The notes beneath the pieces are model-generated. The model saw only the letters and a program-made list of their open reading frames with translations, was not told the origin of the DNA and did not search any database. Made by a program: the position numbers and the translations under genes. A stretch of DNA of 64,000 nt from Octopus vulgaris. Taxonomy: Eukaryota. Of the stretch, positions 50,401 through 63,903 are shown one piece after another. The stretch's first letter is position 1; the number at the start of each line of letters is the position of its first letter. The DNA lies in contig OX597827.1 in assembly GCA_951406725.2 (NCBI GenBank), positions 53,754,001 through 53,818,000 on the forward strand. The letters are read 5' to 3'.

Positions 50401-52377
50401 CACTGAGTTTTTTTTTCTTTGGGATTTATGGGCAGCTGACTTATTTTGTATATATTATATATATATATATATATAAGTAAAAATATTACTTATTATATAT
50501 TGATCATTCATTTTTATACTTTTTGAGATCTAGTTATATGTTTTATAAAAATATATATTATTTGTTATTTGTGTTTTGGTTTATGTCTACCACTGTTTGA
50601 GTTGCATAATAGTGGTTTTATCTCTAATTTATATTTTATATATATATATATCTATTTACGCACAATTTATCTCTCATTGAGTAGAGTACTGTTTTTGTTG
50701 ACCCTGTCTGTAATGCAACAGTGAACTAAGCTTGGAGTTAAAAATTCAAAAATATATTTACAGCAATCAAATAATTTGTAATTTTTTTCTTTAATCCAAT
50801 AGTTTTTTTAAAAATTATTAATCAGTCTTTTGATTAATTGGGAGCTTTTAAATTTAAAAGCCATTAAATTTAACTGCTCTTTAGTACTGGAACCCTCTTC
50901 AAACTGTTTGGTGCTCCTAGATTAAAAGGGGCCATTTTTATTATCTTATGATTTGAATTATCAAAATCATTGGGGTCTCCAGAAACTATTGGGCCAAGTG
51001 TCCCACTAGCTCTGTGTGTGTGTATACTCATGTAAGACAACGTTGCGATTTAAATTTATTAAATGCGTAATGCACTGAGGAGTAATTGTAATTTTTTACT
51101 GAGGGGATGACAACTCCATACATGTTCACGTCTTGCTGAACCTTATCAGCGAAGCAATGTGTAACTGAATTATTAGATGTTAGAATGGCTGGACAGGATG
51201 TAAAGTTGTCGTGAAAGAACATTTAATCGACTTATCAACATTCTTATAAATACAGACACATGACCAAATGGGCACACAACGTATACGTTTGTGTGTGTAT
51301 CACTTTTATTTTTTTTTATTTTAGTGTTTCTGTTTCGGACACCGAAATAATGTTGAAATTATTTATTTCAGTGAAAGTGATTTTCAGTTTTAGCTCACAC
51401 ATTTTAATTATCATAAGACTATATTAAAATTTTAATTCATTCTCATTCATTTTCTGTCAATTTTCATGTAAATAAATACAACTGGATGCAAAACTACTGA
51501 TTTTTAAAAAAAGTGTTTAGTGCTTTCAAAGAAGAAGCAAACCATCTTAATGGTTCCGGGAGAGTAGTCATTGTTTTCTTTTGTTTATCTATTAATTAGT
51601 TACTTTCTTATTTAGGAACTTTTTTATATATATATTATTGAGATTCATGTGATTTATTTCTTTCAATAAATTATTTCTCTGTTCTATACACAAATCGTTT
51701 CAGATTTAAGTCGTTTTCATTGATTACCTTTCATTGTTTATATTTATATTTTATTTTCACTTTGGTTATGTTTATTTTCTGCTCTTGTTCATACTTTAAC
51801 AGTAGGCGTAGTTCAGAGTGAAAAGAATGCTTTGTTTCATCCATCTTCCTTATCTAAACCCGAACTAAGTTCATTGATCTTCAATAAACAATAAATGAAC
51901 ACAGACATACCCACAGATATACATATATATTAGACACACACGCATGTATGTTTGATCCAGTAAATCTCAAGGACTATGTTACGATGTTGATATTTAATGT
52001 CTTAGTTTTCATAATGTTATTGATTTCATAGAAATTATTCTCGTTTTACTTGGTTTGTTTTGTTAAAATGTCTTAAGATATCTATTACTGCAGTCAGCTT
52101 TAAAAAAAACCCAGCAGTTTTCTTTTCACTTCACTTCTTTTTTATATTTCTATTCTTTTCTTCGTCCTTCCCTGTTTGTTACTTACATTTTTATTAGTTT
52201 ATATTAACAACAGCTGCAATGGAATAATTGTACAGAAAGTAGTTCTTGTCTAACTGGACTGAAAATAGAAGTTACTGTTTCCCTTATGATTATAAAATAA
52301 AAAAGGAAGGAGTGTAGTTTTGCTGTAGCGTTCTTTCATTTCATTTCTAGTGAATAATTCGTATATTCTCCTTGTAG

Positions 52378-52923
52378 CCACGTAGCTTTCACGTGTATAA
52401 TGAATAGAATTTACTCAAGTACTAGCTTTCGTATACGAATTAACATAGAAAATGGTAAGAGGGCCAATCTTAAAGTCACCAATCAATGAATATTAAGTGC
52501 CACATGTTTATGCTTTATATTCAGACCTATGTAAAAGGCAAAAAATAACAGGCTGAATAGTTATGACTTATTATTTTTGTCAATAATTTTCCTATGCCGA
52601 TAGAGAGTCCCGGATTATTTGTCATAGTAGACTCATTAGTTGCACCGGTGACGTCTGATAAAATACTCCTATAACTTGGGGAGGCACTAGTGGAATTTCG
52701 TATTATTCATGCTTTTTAAAGTAGTTTTTTTTTTAATTGGTAAGTACATTTCTGTATCTTTCTAACTATCAAATGTAGAATTATGTATGTAGTGTAAATC
52801 ATATGTTCCCATTCAAAACAACTCGCTTGTTTCGAGCGACTCTGACGATTAGGTAACCTTCCTAGCGACGACATCGGTGCGGCTTTCCGCTTTTGTTTCT
52901 ATTTCTAGTTAAAATTTTTAAAG
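52378..52923 (+). promoter_or_regulatory. Candidate promoter / alternative 5' exon cluster of an unidentified host gene
   Basis: Repeat-free block with CACGTG (52390), CCAAT (52464, 52479), TGACGTCT (52649), a CpG-rich patch (52825-52890) and donor-like sites after 52454 (GTAAGA), 52739 (GTAAGT) and 52923 (GTAAAT). Confidence 0.3.
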
Positions 52924-55289
52924 GTAAATAAAAAATTTAACTAGGAAAAATGTCGTGAAAATACTTTATGTATCTCTTAGGTAAAGAAAACACGAGAAAC
53001 TATGGCAATGGAAATCAAAATCGACAGAAAGAGGAAACAAGAGAGTAAAAGAAAGAGGTTTGTCGAAATAGTGAGGAGAGCAAGAAAAATAGTCCCTTTC
53101 GGTAGTTTTGTCGATGTCTGCTAGTAGCCAGCCAACCAGGCTGTATGATTTAATGTTGGTTTAGATCTGACCCGATGCAAATCAAGTAATGAATACGTCG
53201 ATCATGATTTATTCGTTCCTATGAAGTGCGTAGTATTCGAGAATCGCCTGCACATACGAGAACAAAAAGAGAAAAAACCAGGACAGTTCCATGCCTCATC
53301 TCTAACCCTATACTAAGGCAGTGGAAAGGACGTAGTTTATATTCAAGACTGAATGTGGTTAAGACATCACGATTGTTTCCTTGTTCAGGAACACTACCTC
53401 ATATTTACATATATTTAGCGTCAAACGTCTCTCAAGTATCCTGTGGGTATGTTTTTCTTTTTACTGAACTCTCCTATTGCTTTGATGTCATTTTTTTTCT
53501 CCCTTAGATTTCACTCTACAACGTAAATGAAATTGTTAAAATCGGAATTAAATACTTTCACGAAAGAGGGAGGGGATGAAGTAAAGGAAACGAAAAGGAT
53601 AAAATGAGGGTTCATTTTGTAATGTATGATAATTATAATCTGATCCCCATTTTCTGACCACCTTGGATGTCTTTCACACTCATACACACTGCTGTCTGAC
53701 ATTTCATAATGTCTTTTTTTTTCTACATTTTTATTTTATTACAAACCGAATGTAACCGTAGTTGTTTTAAGATCTAAAGTGTTTCACATTTGATTCGAAG
53801 TATACGTACTTCGATACATTTAAGAAGTAACTAAGCTATTAGATTAACCAAGAAAAATTCATTGTGTACAGCATTTCTTCCACCTCATTTATATAATGCT
53901 GTAAGACGTGTGTATATATATATTTATATATATAGATATATATACACACACACGGGTGGAATTTGTTAGTCGTCGACGTAGGAAGTAAAATGTATACGCC
54001 TATTCATGTCCGTTTATATAGTTTATACACGCACACCTATTATTAGTTCTTATGAAATATTCTTTAAATTAAGAATAAAAGAAAATAATGAAAAGTGGGT
54101 GTTAGAGTTAATCATTAAATTTCGACTGATCGCTTTGGTTTTCTTGATTTGCTGTTAAAAAGAAAAAAATTCATATTACTTCACTAGGGATTGATTCAGA
54201 GCCAGCCAGCTTTTAGTGAGAATTCATGCAGCATTCTCTTTCTGGTTTGCTACTGTCTCCACTACTTTTATTTATTATTACCACTTTCAGAAGCCCACTG
54301 CTTGCCTAATTCAAATACATGCGTACATATATTTATTTCGTTTATGCATACATACATGCATGCATGTATATATGAGTTAGCGAATGCTCTATTTATATAT
54401 GCCTTGCTCGTTCTAGGTTGGAAAAATCATTTATTTTTAGAAGATGATGATACATTTTTGGTAAGTTATTTTCATCCTAGATTCCATTTTACACACACAT
54501 ATACACGTGTATGTGTGTGCTTTATTATATCAGTATGACTTCGTAACTGTATATTCGCCGAAAGTAAAAGCAGTATTACTGCAATTGAAATTTCTCTTTT
54601 CCAGATTGTGTTTCAATTACCTCATGATATCCATGTATATATATACATCCTACTATGGAATTTATATATATATATATATATAGATATATATCTATCTATA
54701 TATATATATATATGAAATGTGTATGTGTGTATGGATACATATTACTTGTTCTTTCTCGTTGGATGAAGAGGAAACTAAAGGTGTATTATTATTATATCGA
54801 GGAAAGAGGGCATATTTAGTAAACCATTAGTTTTGAGAGTTCAACCCCCACCCCCATATCTTTTCGAAGGAGTCACAATGGTTGCCTGTGAATTATAATT
54901 TTTGTGTATGTGTTGTAGCAGCATAGCGTTTTCCAATTTGTATAACCTTATTAATTAACAGTTCTTGTTTCGCTTCTGTTGCAATCTTAACTCCACTTTT
55001 TTTTTTTACGAGTGAAGTTATATAGATTATCTTCTCATCGCCCTATTTTGTGAAAAATTTCCTCAAATGTCAGCTACTTTTCATATATTTTAAAGAACAT
55101 TTTAGGGGTGTGTGTTTCCAATAACTCTTATTCTTGTTTAATTAATGGCGAAATTTAATCTGATTTCTTAACGATTTTAAACGTTCTTCATTCCATATGT
55201 ACTCACCCTATCACATATCTTTTATTACAATTATTTGCATACTTACAAATGAAAAAAGTATACAGTATTATTTATAATCACACTAATAT

Positions 55290-55381
<92 letters not shown>

Positions 55382-56534
55382 TTGTGCTTTTGAGAAATAG
55401 ATATATGCATATTTATGCTTCATATCTTTTTATATATATATATATAGACATAAATCTAACTAAATATAGATAAAATGCGTTCATATAATTTGATGTGAGC
55501 TCATCATCATATGATGTAGTAGCAATTAAGTTCGCCTATGTAAATTTTGTAGTTTGCAAAAAAAAGAATAAAAAAAAAGTACTGTATATGTATAGTAGTA
55601 GTAGTCGAGAGTATTCGTTAGTTATTCACTTGGACACAAAGCAAGTACTTTACAGACATGTTTCTAATGTGAAGCTAGATTTCCTTCTCTAAAATAAGTA
55701 AATAAAGATAAATAAGTAGGTATGTGTATTCAGAAAGAAAGGGTGAGATTTTCCGAGGCAATATGCTGAACTTGACGTCTCCTCTATTTATCTGCCTTAT
55801 TTTAAACCTACGTTTTGTTTGTTAGTTTTGCAATGGTTTTTGTTTTGTTCTATTTTTACAAATATTTAGCACATTTTCTGAATATTCCTGCTGTTGTCTC
55901 CTCCAAATCAGGAGTAGCTTTGCTTATATTGAGAGAGTTAGCTGCTAAATTGAATGGGAGAAGGTAGTGAATTAGAAGAGTGTTAGTGTGAGAATGCTCG
56001 ATAGAGAGGCGGGGCGTACTATTCAGAGATAGAAGAGGAGAGAGAGAGAGAGTTAGTGAGGAAGGTAGAAGGCGATAAGTGAATGCAAGAGTGACTCAAG
56101 TTCAAACAGGGGGAGAGAAAACGGGAGGCATTGAGTGGTAGACGTACGACGTTTGAGTAAGAAATGCAAATCGAGAGCAAAAGTGAGTGAGGCATACAGC
56201 GATGTTTGGAGCATGAGAAAGAGTAGGATGCAGATCTAAAGACGGATGCAAATGAAAAAAACAAAAAACAAAAAAAAAATGATAGAAAATTAGGGATGCA
56301 GTAATATTATGCGTGGAACTGCTGAGAGGGGAAACAGAAAAGTAGAAGAAATACGCAATGAGACGAGGATGAGTGGTGCAGGATGCAGAAGAAATGGAAA
56401 ATCAAAAGTGTGGGGCACATGAGTTGCCTAAGAAAATGTAAAATCCATTGTGTGTGCGAACATATTAACATATAGCACAGGCATATACATATTCATATGC
56501 ACGTATGTGCTAAACTCTCTTATTTGGATTATAT

Positions 56535-56543
56535 GCATACATT

Positions 56544-56575
<32 letters not shown>

Positions 56576-56743
56576 ATATGCATAGACTCATGTACACATG
56601 CATACACATATGTATATGTACACACACACACACATATATACACACACATACATATATACACACATGCATATATATATATGTATGTATGTATATATACACA
56701 CACACATATGCATACATACACATACATATACACACACACATAC

Positions 56744-56784
<41 letters not shown>

Positions 56785-56813
56785 CACACACATACATATA
56801 CACACACACATAC

Positions 56814-56852
<39 letters not shown>

Positions 56853-56882
56853 CACACACATACATATACACACACATACATA

Positions 56883-56930
<48 letters not shown>

Positions 56931-56974
56931 CAAACACATACATGTATATATATACATACACACACATACATATA

Positions 56975-57008
<34 letters not shown>

Positions 57009-57070
57009 CATACAAACACATACATGTGTACATAAATATGTGTATATGCATATAAATATTGTATACACAC

Positions 57071-57120
<50 letters not shown>
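56535..57120. repeat. (CA/TA) compound microsatellite
   Basis: Direct inspection. Confidence 0.95.
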
Positions 57121-57121
<1 letters not shown>

Positions 57122-57701
57122 TACATGCACACATTTTTTTTACTCCATGTGGGCATTGGTTGGATGGTTTGACAGGATCCTATGAGCTGCAGGACTGCAT
57201 CAAGCTCCGATGTCAGCTTAGGCATGATTTCTACAGCCGGATGCCCTTCCTGATGCCAACTAGTTCTCCGTTTGTAGTGGGTGCTTTTTCATGCCGCTCA
57301 CACGAGTGAGATTGTCAAATAGATTCACGAAAAACCAAAAAAAAACCCACTTTCAACTAAGTGGGAGTATTTTTGAGAGGAGGGAGGTGGTTTTATGCCA
57401 GATATCAAGAGGCTAAACTATAATAGCAGGGATAGACACAGGTATGTTGGTATGAAAGAGAGAAGTAGACTTCCCCACATTATATATGAGTGGGAGTAGC
57501 GGGGATGAACTCAAAGGTGGTGATGACAAAATGCCAGAGCAAACTCTCAAGGTACAAGAAGGTGAGTGTTAGCAACAATATGGACAATAGATCAAATGCA
57601 GAGAAGAGACAGCTGGTAATTTGGTTTCGAATTTTGGCACGAGACCAGCAACATTGGTGGGGTAGGTTGATTACATTGACCCCCAGTATTCAACTGGTAT
57701 T

Positions 57702-57935
57702 GAAGGTGGCGAGCTGGCAGAAACGTTAGCACGCCGGGCGAAATGCTTAGCGGTATTTCGTCTGCCGTTACGTTTTGAGTTCAAATTCCGCCGAGGTTGA
57801 CTTTGCCTTTCATCCTTTCAGGGTCGATAAATTAAGTACCAGTTACGCACTGGGGTCGATGTAATCGACTAAATACCTATGTCTGTCCTTGTTTGTCCCC
57901 TCTGTGTTTAGCCCCTTATGGGTAATAAAGAAATA
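57702..57935 (+). mobile_element. Full-length Tx1-tailed SINE-A nested in an older, oppositely oriented SINE-A (about 57630-58075)
   Basis: TSD GGTATT at 57696-57701 and 57936-57941. Confidence 0.88.
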
Positions 57936-58736
57936 GGTATTTGTTTTATTGATCCTGAAAAGATGAAAGGTAAAGTAGACTGTGGTGGAACTTGAACTCA
58001 GAACATAAAGACAGATGAAATGCCATTAAGCATTTTGCCCAGTGTGCTAATGATTCTGCCAGCTTACTGCCTTAAGACATTCAGTAATGTAATAAGAGAT
58101 TTCGAAAGGAGAGTAACAGGTGGTTAGAGATGAGGGCAGAAGTAAAGGTAGTGAGTGATGAATGAGTGGTGTGCTTAATATCAATATGGAGAGGTGTGTG
58201 AGAGAGATAGAAGTGGCTAAGGAGGAGGGGGCAAGTGGCAGTACAGGAAGAGAGGAGAGCAACAATAAGGTAAACATGTAAATGGAATAGAAAGCAGAGG
58301 GATTAGGTTGAGGTGATTTTGAGATGGAAATCAGAGGTACATAAGGATGGCGTTAGTGAGTGTGGGAACAAAGGTGGGTGCAGCATCAGTGGTAGATTGG
58401 AGAGGTACTAAAGATCAGTTATGGTAGGCATAGAATGCAGCTCAGAGGACAGGAAGAGTTAACTGAAGGCAGGAAAAGGGATTGGTTGGTGAAAAATGAG
58501 TGTGAAGGGATGACTGTAAGTAGTGAGTGCTTTTGGGGGGAAGGAGATGAGTGGTAAGCATAAAAGGGAGATGAAATATGTGCCACTTCTACTAGCTGAG
58601 TAGGGTCATAGTTAGAGGTAGAGCTGATAGGAATATGAGATGTGTAGAATATAGCCATAAACATGATGCTTTTAGGAGTGTGTCAGGCATCTCTCCTGCA
58701 CAATGAATTGCCAATCATATATATATCTAATATATA

Positions 58737-58768
<32 letters not shown>

Positions 58769-58804
58769 CATATATAGGAAAAAAGCAACAAGAATGGATT
58801 AAAA

Positions 58805-58892
58805 TCTCGGTACGATCGTTTCGTACGAGGACATCTTTAATAAGCTACAAAAAATGCAGTGAATACAGATGGCTCGTACTCGTCAGCCGAAA
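58805..58892 (-). ncRNA. Type-I hammerhead ribozyme motif with intact catalytic core
   Basis: UUUCGG-CUGACGA-GUACGAG...CUCGUAC-GAAA-CGAUCG-UA-CCGAGA: helix I, core, 7-bp helix II, palindromic helix III and GUA cleavage triplet. Confidence 0.8.
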
Positions 58893-59192
58893 AAATATCA
58901 GAGAATTCCCAAACATCAAAAGGTGTAGATACAAAAGAGGTTGTAAGATTAACTGCATTGAAGAAAGTTCGATTCATGGAGATCCGATGAAAGGTTTTAA
59001 ACCTATAGAATTTATGCATGTCTACATATAGCTCATATTGAATATTGAATATATATTGAATATAGCTCATATATACATATATATATATATATATAATTAT
59101 GTATAAATTCATATATATGTCTACATATATATAATTATGTATAAATTCATATGTATGTATACATATATATAATTATGTATAAAGATATATAT

Positions 59193-59350
59193 ATCATCAT
59201 CATCATTTAACGTCCATTTTCCGCGCTAGCACGGTTTGGACGGTTCGACCGGGGTCTGGGAAGCTAGGGGCTGCACTAGTCTCCAGTCTGATCTGGCAGT
59301 GTTCCTACAGCTGGATGCCCTTCCTAATGCCAACCACTCCGCGAGTGTAT
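59193..59350 (-). mobile_element. RTE 3'-end fragment
   Basis: (ATC)n TTTAACGTCC...GCTGGATGCCCTTCCTAATGCCAACCACTCC. Confidence 0.8.
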
Positions 59351-59384
<34 letters not shown>

Positions 59385-59451
59385 AATAATACAAGTTGAT
59401 GGTTTGTACTTTTTCCCTGATTTTCAATAATTTTAGGTTAGGACTCCTGTG

Positions 59452-59570
59452 AAGGCATGTAGCCTTGTGGTTAGGATGTTGCACTCACAATCACCAGATT
59501 GTGGGTTTGGTTCCTGGACTGGGTGGCATGTTGTGACCTTGAGTAAGGTACTTCATTTCACATTGTTCTA
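59452..59570 (+). mobile_element. Degenerate SINE-C-type head
   Basis: GCCTTGTGGTTAGG...TTGTGACCTTGAGTAAGGTACTTCATTTCACATTG. Confidence 0.6.
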
Positions 59571-61519
59571 ATGCTGTGTGGGGACTGGCATGTCAAAGAA
59601 TGGACCCAACATTTCTTCAGCATCTTGTAAAAGGTGAGGAGATGAGGTTGTGGCAGGATTTGCATGCCAAGCTTGTTAAAACCCCTACCAGCAATGACTA
59701 CCCAAACAGACTCAAGGATTGGAAGGTTGTTGCCTGAGTGGTGCAAAGGTGTCATTTGCCAAGTGTAGGGAACCACCAACAAATAGTAGATGCAGCAACT
59801 TGCTGTTACAATACATGTCCCCATATTATTAGTGCTTCTACTACTACTACTACTACTACTATCCTTCAGGAAATCTTGGGAGGAATGGTGTTTTGAGCTG
59901 ACTTCTCTGTAGTGTGGTGAGGCAGGAAACAAAAGGTCTCATACAATTCTGAAAAGTCTGGTGGAGAATTATTATCCATTTTTAAAACTACCACATTTTG
60001 GCTTTAAAAAAAAACAGCTGCTTCAATCTGTTGTGCAATCTGCAAGGACTGATTGAATATACTCTGGACCCTACCTGGAAAGAGTCCTACATTAAAATGG
60101 GCCAAGATAAAACAATGCCATATGTGTGTTGCTCAACAATGAAATAGATTTCTGCAGTCTTTGATGGTGTATAAAATCACTTATAGAAAATGTAATGAAT
60201 TTTACAGTGGGAATACCATTAAAAAGATATACACAGGTTAAAGGACACTTTTATACTAATGCTTCTTTCATCCTAAAACATCTATAGAAATGCCACGCCT
60301 AAGACATCCGGGTTGCCATTGAAGCTACAGAATGAAACATTGGGAACTTGAGGATAAAAGAAGCAATCTTGAAACCAACCCACGTATTAACAGAACAGAA
60401 TTGCATACAGCTTGTTGGCTACAATCACAGTGCTATCCTACATTCATAAAGCCACTCTTCATACACACGTACTGCAGAACAGGAGTCTCATAACACCATA
60501 TCACCAATACTTTTGGGAAGAAGTTGCTAAGACCTAGAAATATTGAAATACAAGATAAAAGTATGAACCATCAACTTATATTCTTTCTTATAACTTGCAT
60601 TGCTTGTGTTTTACATAGAAATAGATTAAACACACAAGTACATATACATACACGACAGACTTCTTTTAGTTTCTGTCTACCAATATGACCTTGGTTGGCA
60701 TGTGTTGTTTAAATACTAGAATCTGTGGTTCACCATCCAGGAAAACTCTCTTTTGATACTTACAGTGTTAAATACAAAATATACTTCGGAACGAGGTGAA
60801 TACTATGCAATCAAGCCATACAGAACAAAATCACAAGCCTGAAGTATATACATATACTGTAAAATATATTTCCTAATTTGAGATAGAACTGCACATGTAG
60901 CTAGTGGTAGAGTTTAAACACATATATGCACATACGCGTCAATATATATTTGTACTTATTGTAGGCACATGCATATATCTATATGTTTGTGTAACTGCAT
61001 ATTTTCTTATCTTTGCACATACATGTATATATATATATATATATATGGTAAAACTCTCCTGTCATTAGACGAGAAATGAAGGGTTGACAATTTTGTACAT
61101 AATGACATGGATCATTTGTATATCGTGATCAAGTATTTGTGTGTATATATACATGTATGTATATGCATATATGTGTATATATGTATGTATATGTATATAT
61201 GTATGTATATGCATACATATATATATACACATATATATGTACATTCATGTATATATATATATATATATATATATACGTATATACATACATGTATATATAT
61301 ATATACATGTATATATATATACATGTATATATATATACATGTATATATAAATGTATGTATATATATGTATGTGTATATATAAATGTATGTATATATATGT
61401 ATGTGTATATATATATGTATGAATATGTGTATGTGTATATATATATATGTATGTATATATGATGATGATGATGATATATATGTATCACTAGATATGTATG
61501 TATGTATATGTATGTATAT

Positions 61520-61852
61520 GCTGAGACCCCCTTTGGTCATGTCTTACCATAGGATTGCACATAGAAAGCTACCCTCCCAGGCACAAGTCCGGGCAAGGTT
61601 ATTTACGGAAGACCAGCAGTCGCACTTGCATACCGGCCTCCCATCTCCACACTGCCAGTGTTATCCAAGAGAAAAGCAACAGCCGATACAGCTTGGCACC
61701 TGTGAAGTCGCAACTCATTTCTAGACCTGACTGAACGAGGGCAATGTGAAATAAAGTGTCTTGCTCAAGAACACAACAGGCAGCCCGGTCTGGGATTCAA
61801 ACTCACAACCTCACAATTGTAAGCCCAATGCTCTAACCATTGAGCCATGTGC
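61520..61852 (-). mobile_element. SINE-C-related element with a different tail
   Basis: rc head GGCACATGGCTCAATGGTTAGAGC..GAGTTTGAATCCC and CORE-like TTGTGTTCTTGAGCAAGACACTTTATTTCAC. Confidence 0.75.
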
Positions 61853-61859
61853 CGTCAAA

Positions 61860-62005
61860 TGTATGTATATATGTATATATATATATATATGTGTGTGTTT
61901 GAATATACATGTTTGTATATATATATTTGTAAATATATATTTATGTATATATAAATATTTATGTATATATATATATATGTATATACATATGTATCTATTT
62001 ATATA

Positions 62006-62036
<31 letters not shown>

Positions 62037-62554
62037 GTATATATATAGATGTATACATATATATATGTATGTATATATAGATGTATACGTATATATATGT
62101 ATGTATATATAAATGTATACGTGTATATATAGATGTATACGTATATATATATATATGTATATATAGATGTATACATATATATATGTATATATATAGATGT
62201 ATAAATATATATATATGTATAAATATATGTATGTATATATATATATGTATATATATATATATGTATGTATATATATGTATATGTATGTATATATATATGT
62301 ATGTATATATATATGTATGTATATATATGTATATGTATGTATATATATGTATATGTATGTATATATATATGTATGTATATACATACATATATGTATGTAC
62401 ATATATGTATATGCATGTATGTATATATATATATATATATATATGTATATACATACATATATGTATGTACATATGTATATGTATGTATATATATATGTAT
62501 GTATATATATATGTATGTATATATATATATGTATGTATATATATATATGTATGT

Positions 62555-62588
<34 letters not shown>

Positions 62589-62653
62589 GTATATATATGT
62601 ATGTATGTATATATATATATGTATGTATGTATGTATATATATGTATGTGTATG

Positions 62654-62720
<67 letters not shown>

Positions 62721-63105
62721 GTATGTATATATGTATGTATGTATATATGTATGTATGTATATATGTATGTATGTATATATGTATGTATGTATGTATATGT
62801 ATGTATGTATGTATATATATGTATGTATGTATATATATGTATGTATGTATATATATGTATGTATGTATATATATGTATGTATGTGTATGTATGTATGTAT
62901 ATGTATGTATGTATATGTATGTATGTATATATATGTATGTATGTATATGTATGTATGTATGTATATGTATGTATGTATGTATATGTATGTATGTATGTAT
63001 ATGTATGTATGTATGTATATGTATGTATGTATGTATATGTATGTATGTATATATATGTATGTATGTATATATATGTTTGTATGTATGTATATATATGTAT
63101 GTATG

Positions 63106-63140
<35 letters not shown>

Positions 63141-63257
63141 GTGTGTGTATATATATATATGTGTGTATATATATATATGTGTGTATATATATATGTGTGT
63201 ATATATATATATGTGTGTATATATATATATGTGTGTATATATATATGTGTGTGTGTG

Positions 63258-63288
<31 letters not shown>

Positions 63289-63763
63289 GTGTGTGTATAT
63301 ATATATATGTGTGTGTATATATATATATATATGTGTGTATATATATATATATGTATGTGTATATATATATGTATGTGTATATATATATATGTATGTGTAT
63401 ATATATATATATGTATGTGTATATATATATATATGTGTGTATATGTATGTGTATATATATGTGTGTATATATGTATGTGTATATATATATGTATGTGTAT
63501 ATATATATATGTATATATATGAATATGTATGTATATACACAAATGTATGTATATATAAATGTGTACTTATATATATATATATACTTATATATATATGTAT
63601 GTGTATATATATATATATTATGTAAAACATACATATATATACATCATCATCAATACATTAAACGTTGATGATGTATATATATATATTATATAAAACATAC
63701 ATATATATACATCATCATCAATACATTAAACGTTGATGATGTATATATATATGTATGTGTATA

Positions 63764-63800
<37 letters not shown>
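61860..63800. repeat. ~1.9-kb (TA)/(TATG)/(TG) compound microsatellite
   Basis: Direct inspection; source of the long Y/I/H/M/C/V pseudo-ORFs. Confidence 0.95.
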
Positions 63801-63802
<2 letters not shown>

Positions 63803-63903
63803 CCAATTCCTATTTTTGAAAACCAGTGGATGTATTCTGCTGAATTTAGGTAAATAACCCTTGGAACAGGCGGTCAGTGATGACACCTGCCTAGTTTGGC
63901 TGC

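Noticed and set aside
52843-52872. CTGACGA followed by a TAGG/CCTA stem
   Set aside because: No GAAA or UH downstream, so not a hammerhead.
60764-60838. 75-nt minus-strand segment with good acceptor and GTAAGT donor
   Set aside because: Stops in all three frames; could only be a non-coding exon, with no other support.
61811-63668. Very long ORFs rich in Y/I/H/T/M/C/V (also near 10.9, 37.1, 40.1, 42.6, 44.3, 45.3, 48.8, 56.5 and 61.1 kb)
   Set aside because: Translations of TA/TG/CA microsatellites, which lack stop codons; open in several frames on both strands.
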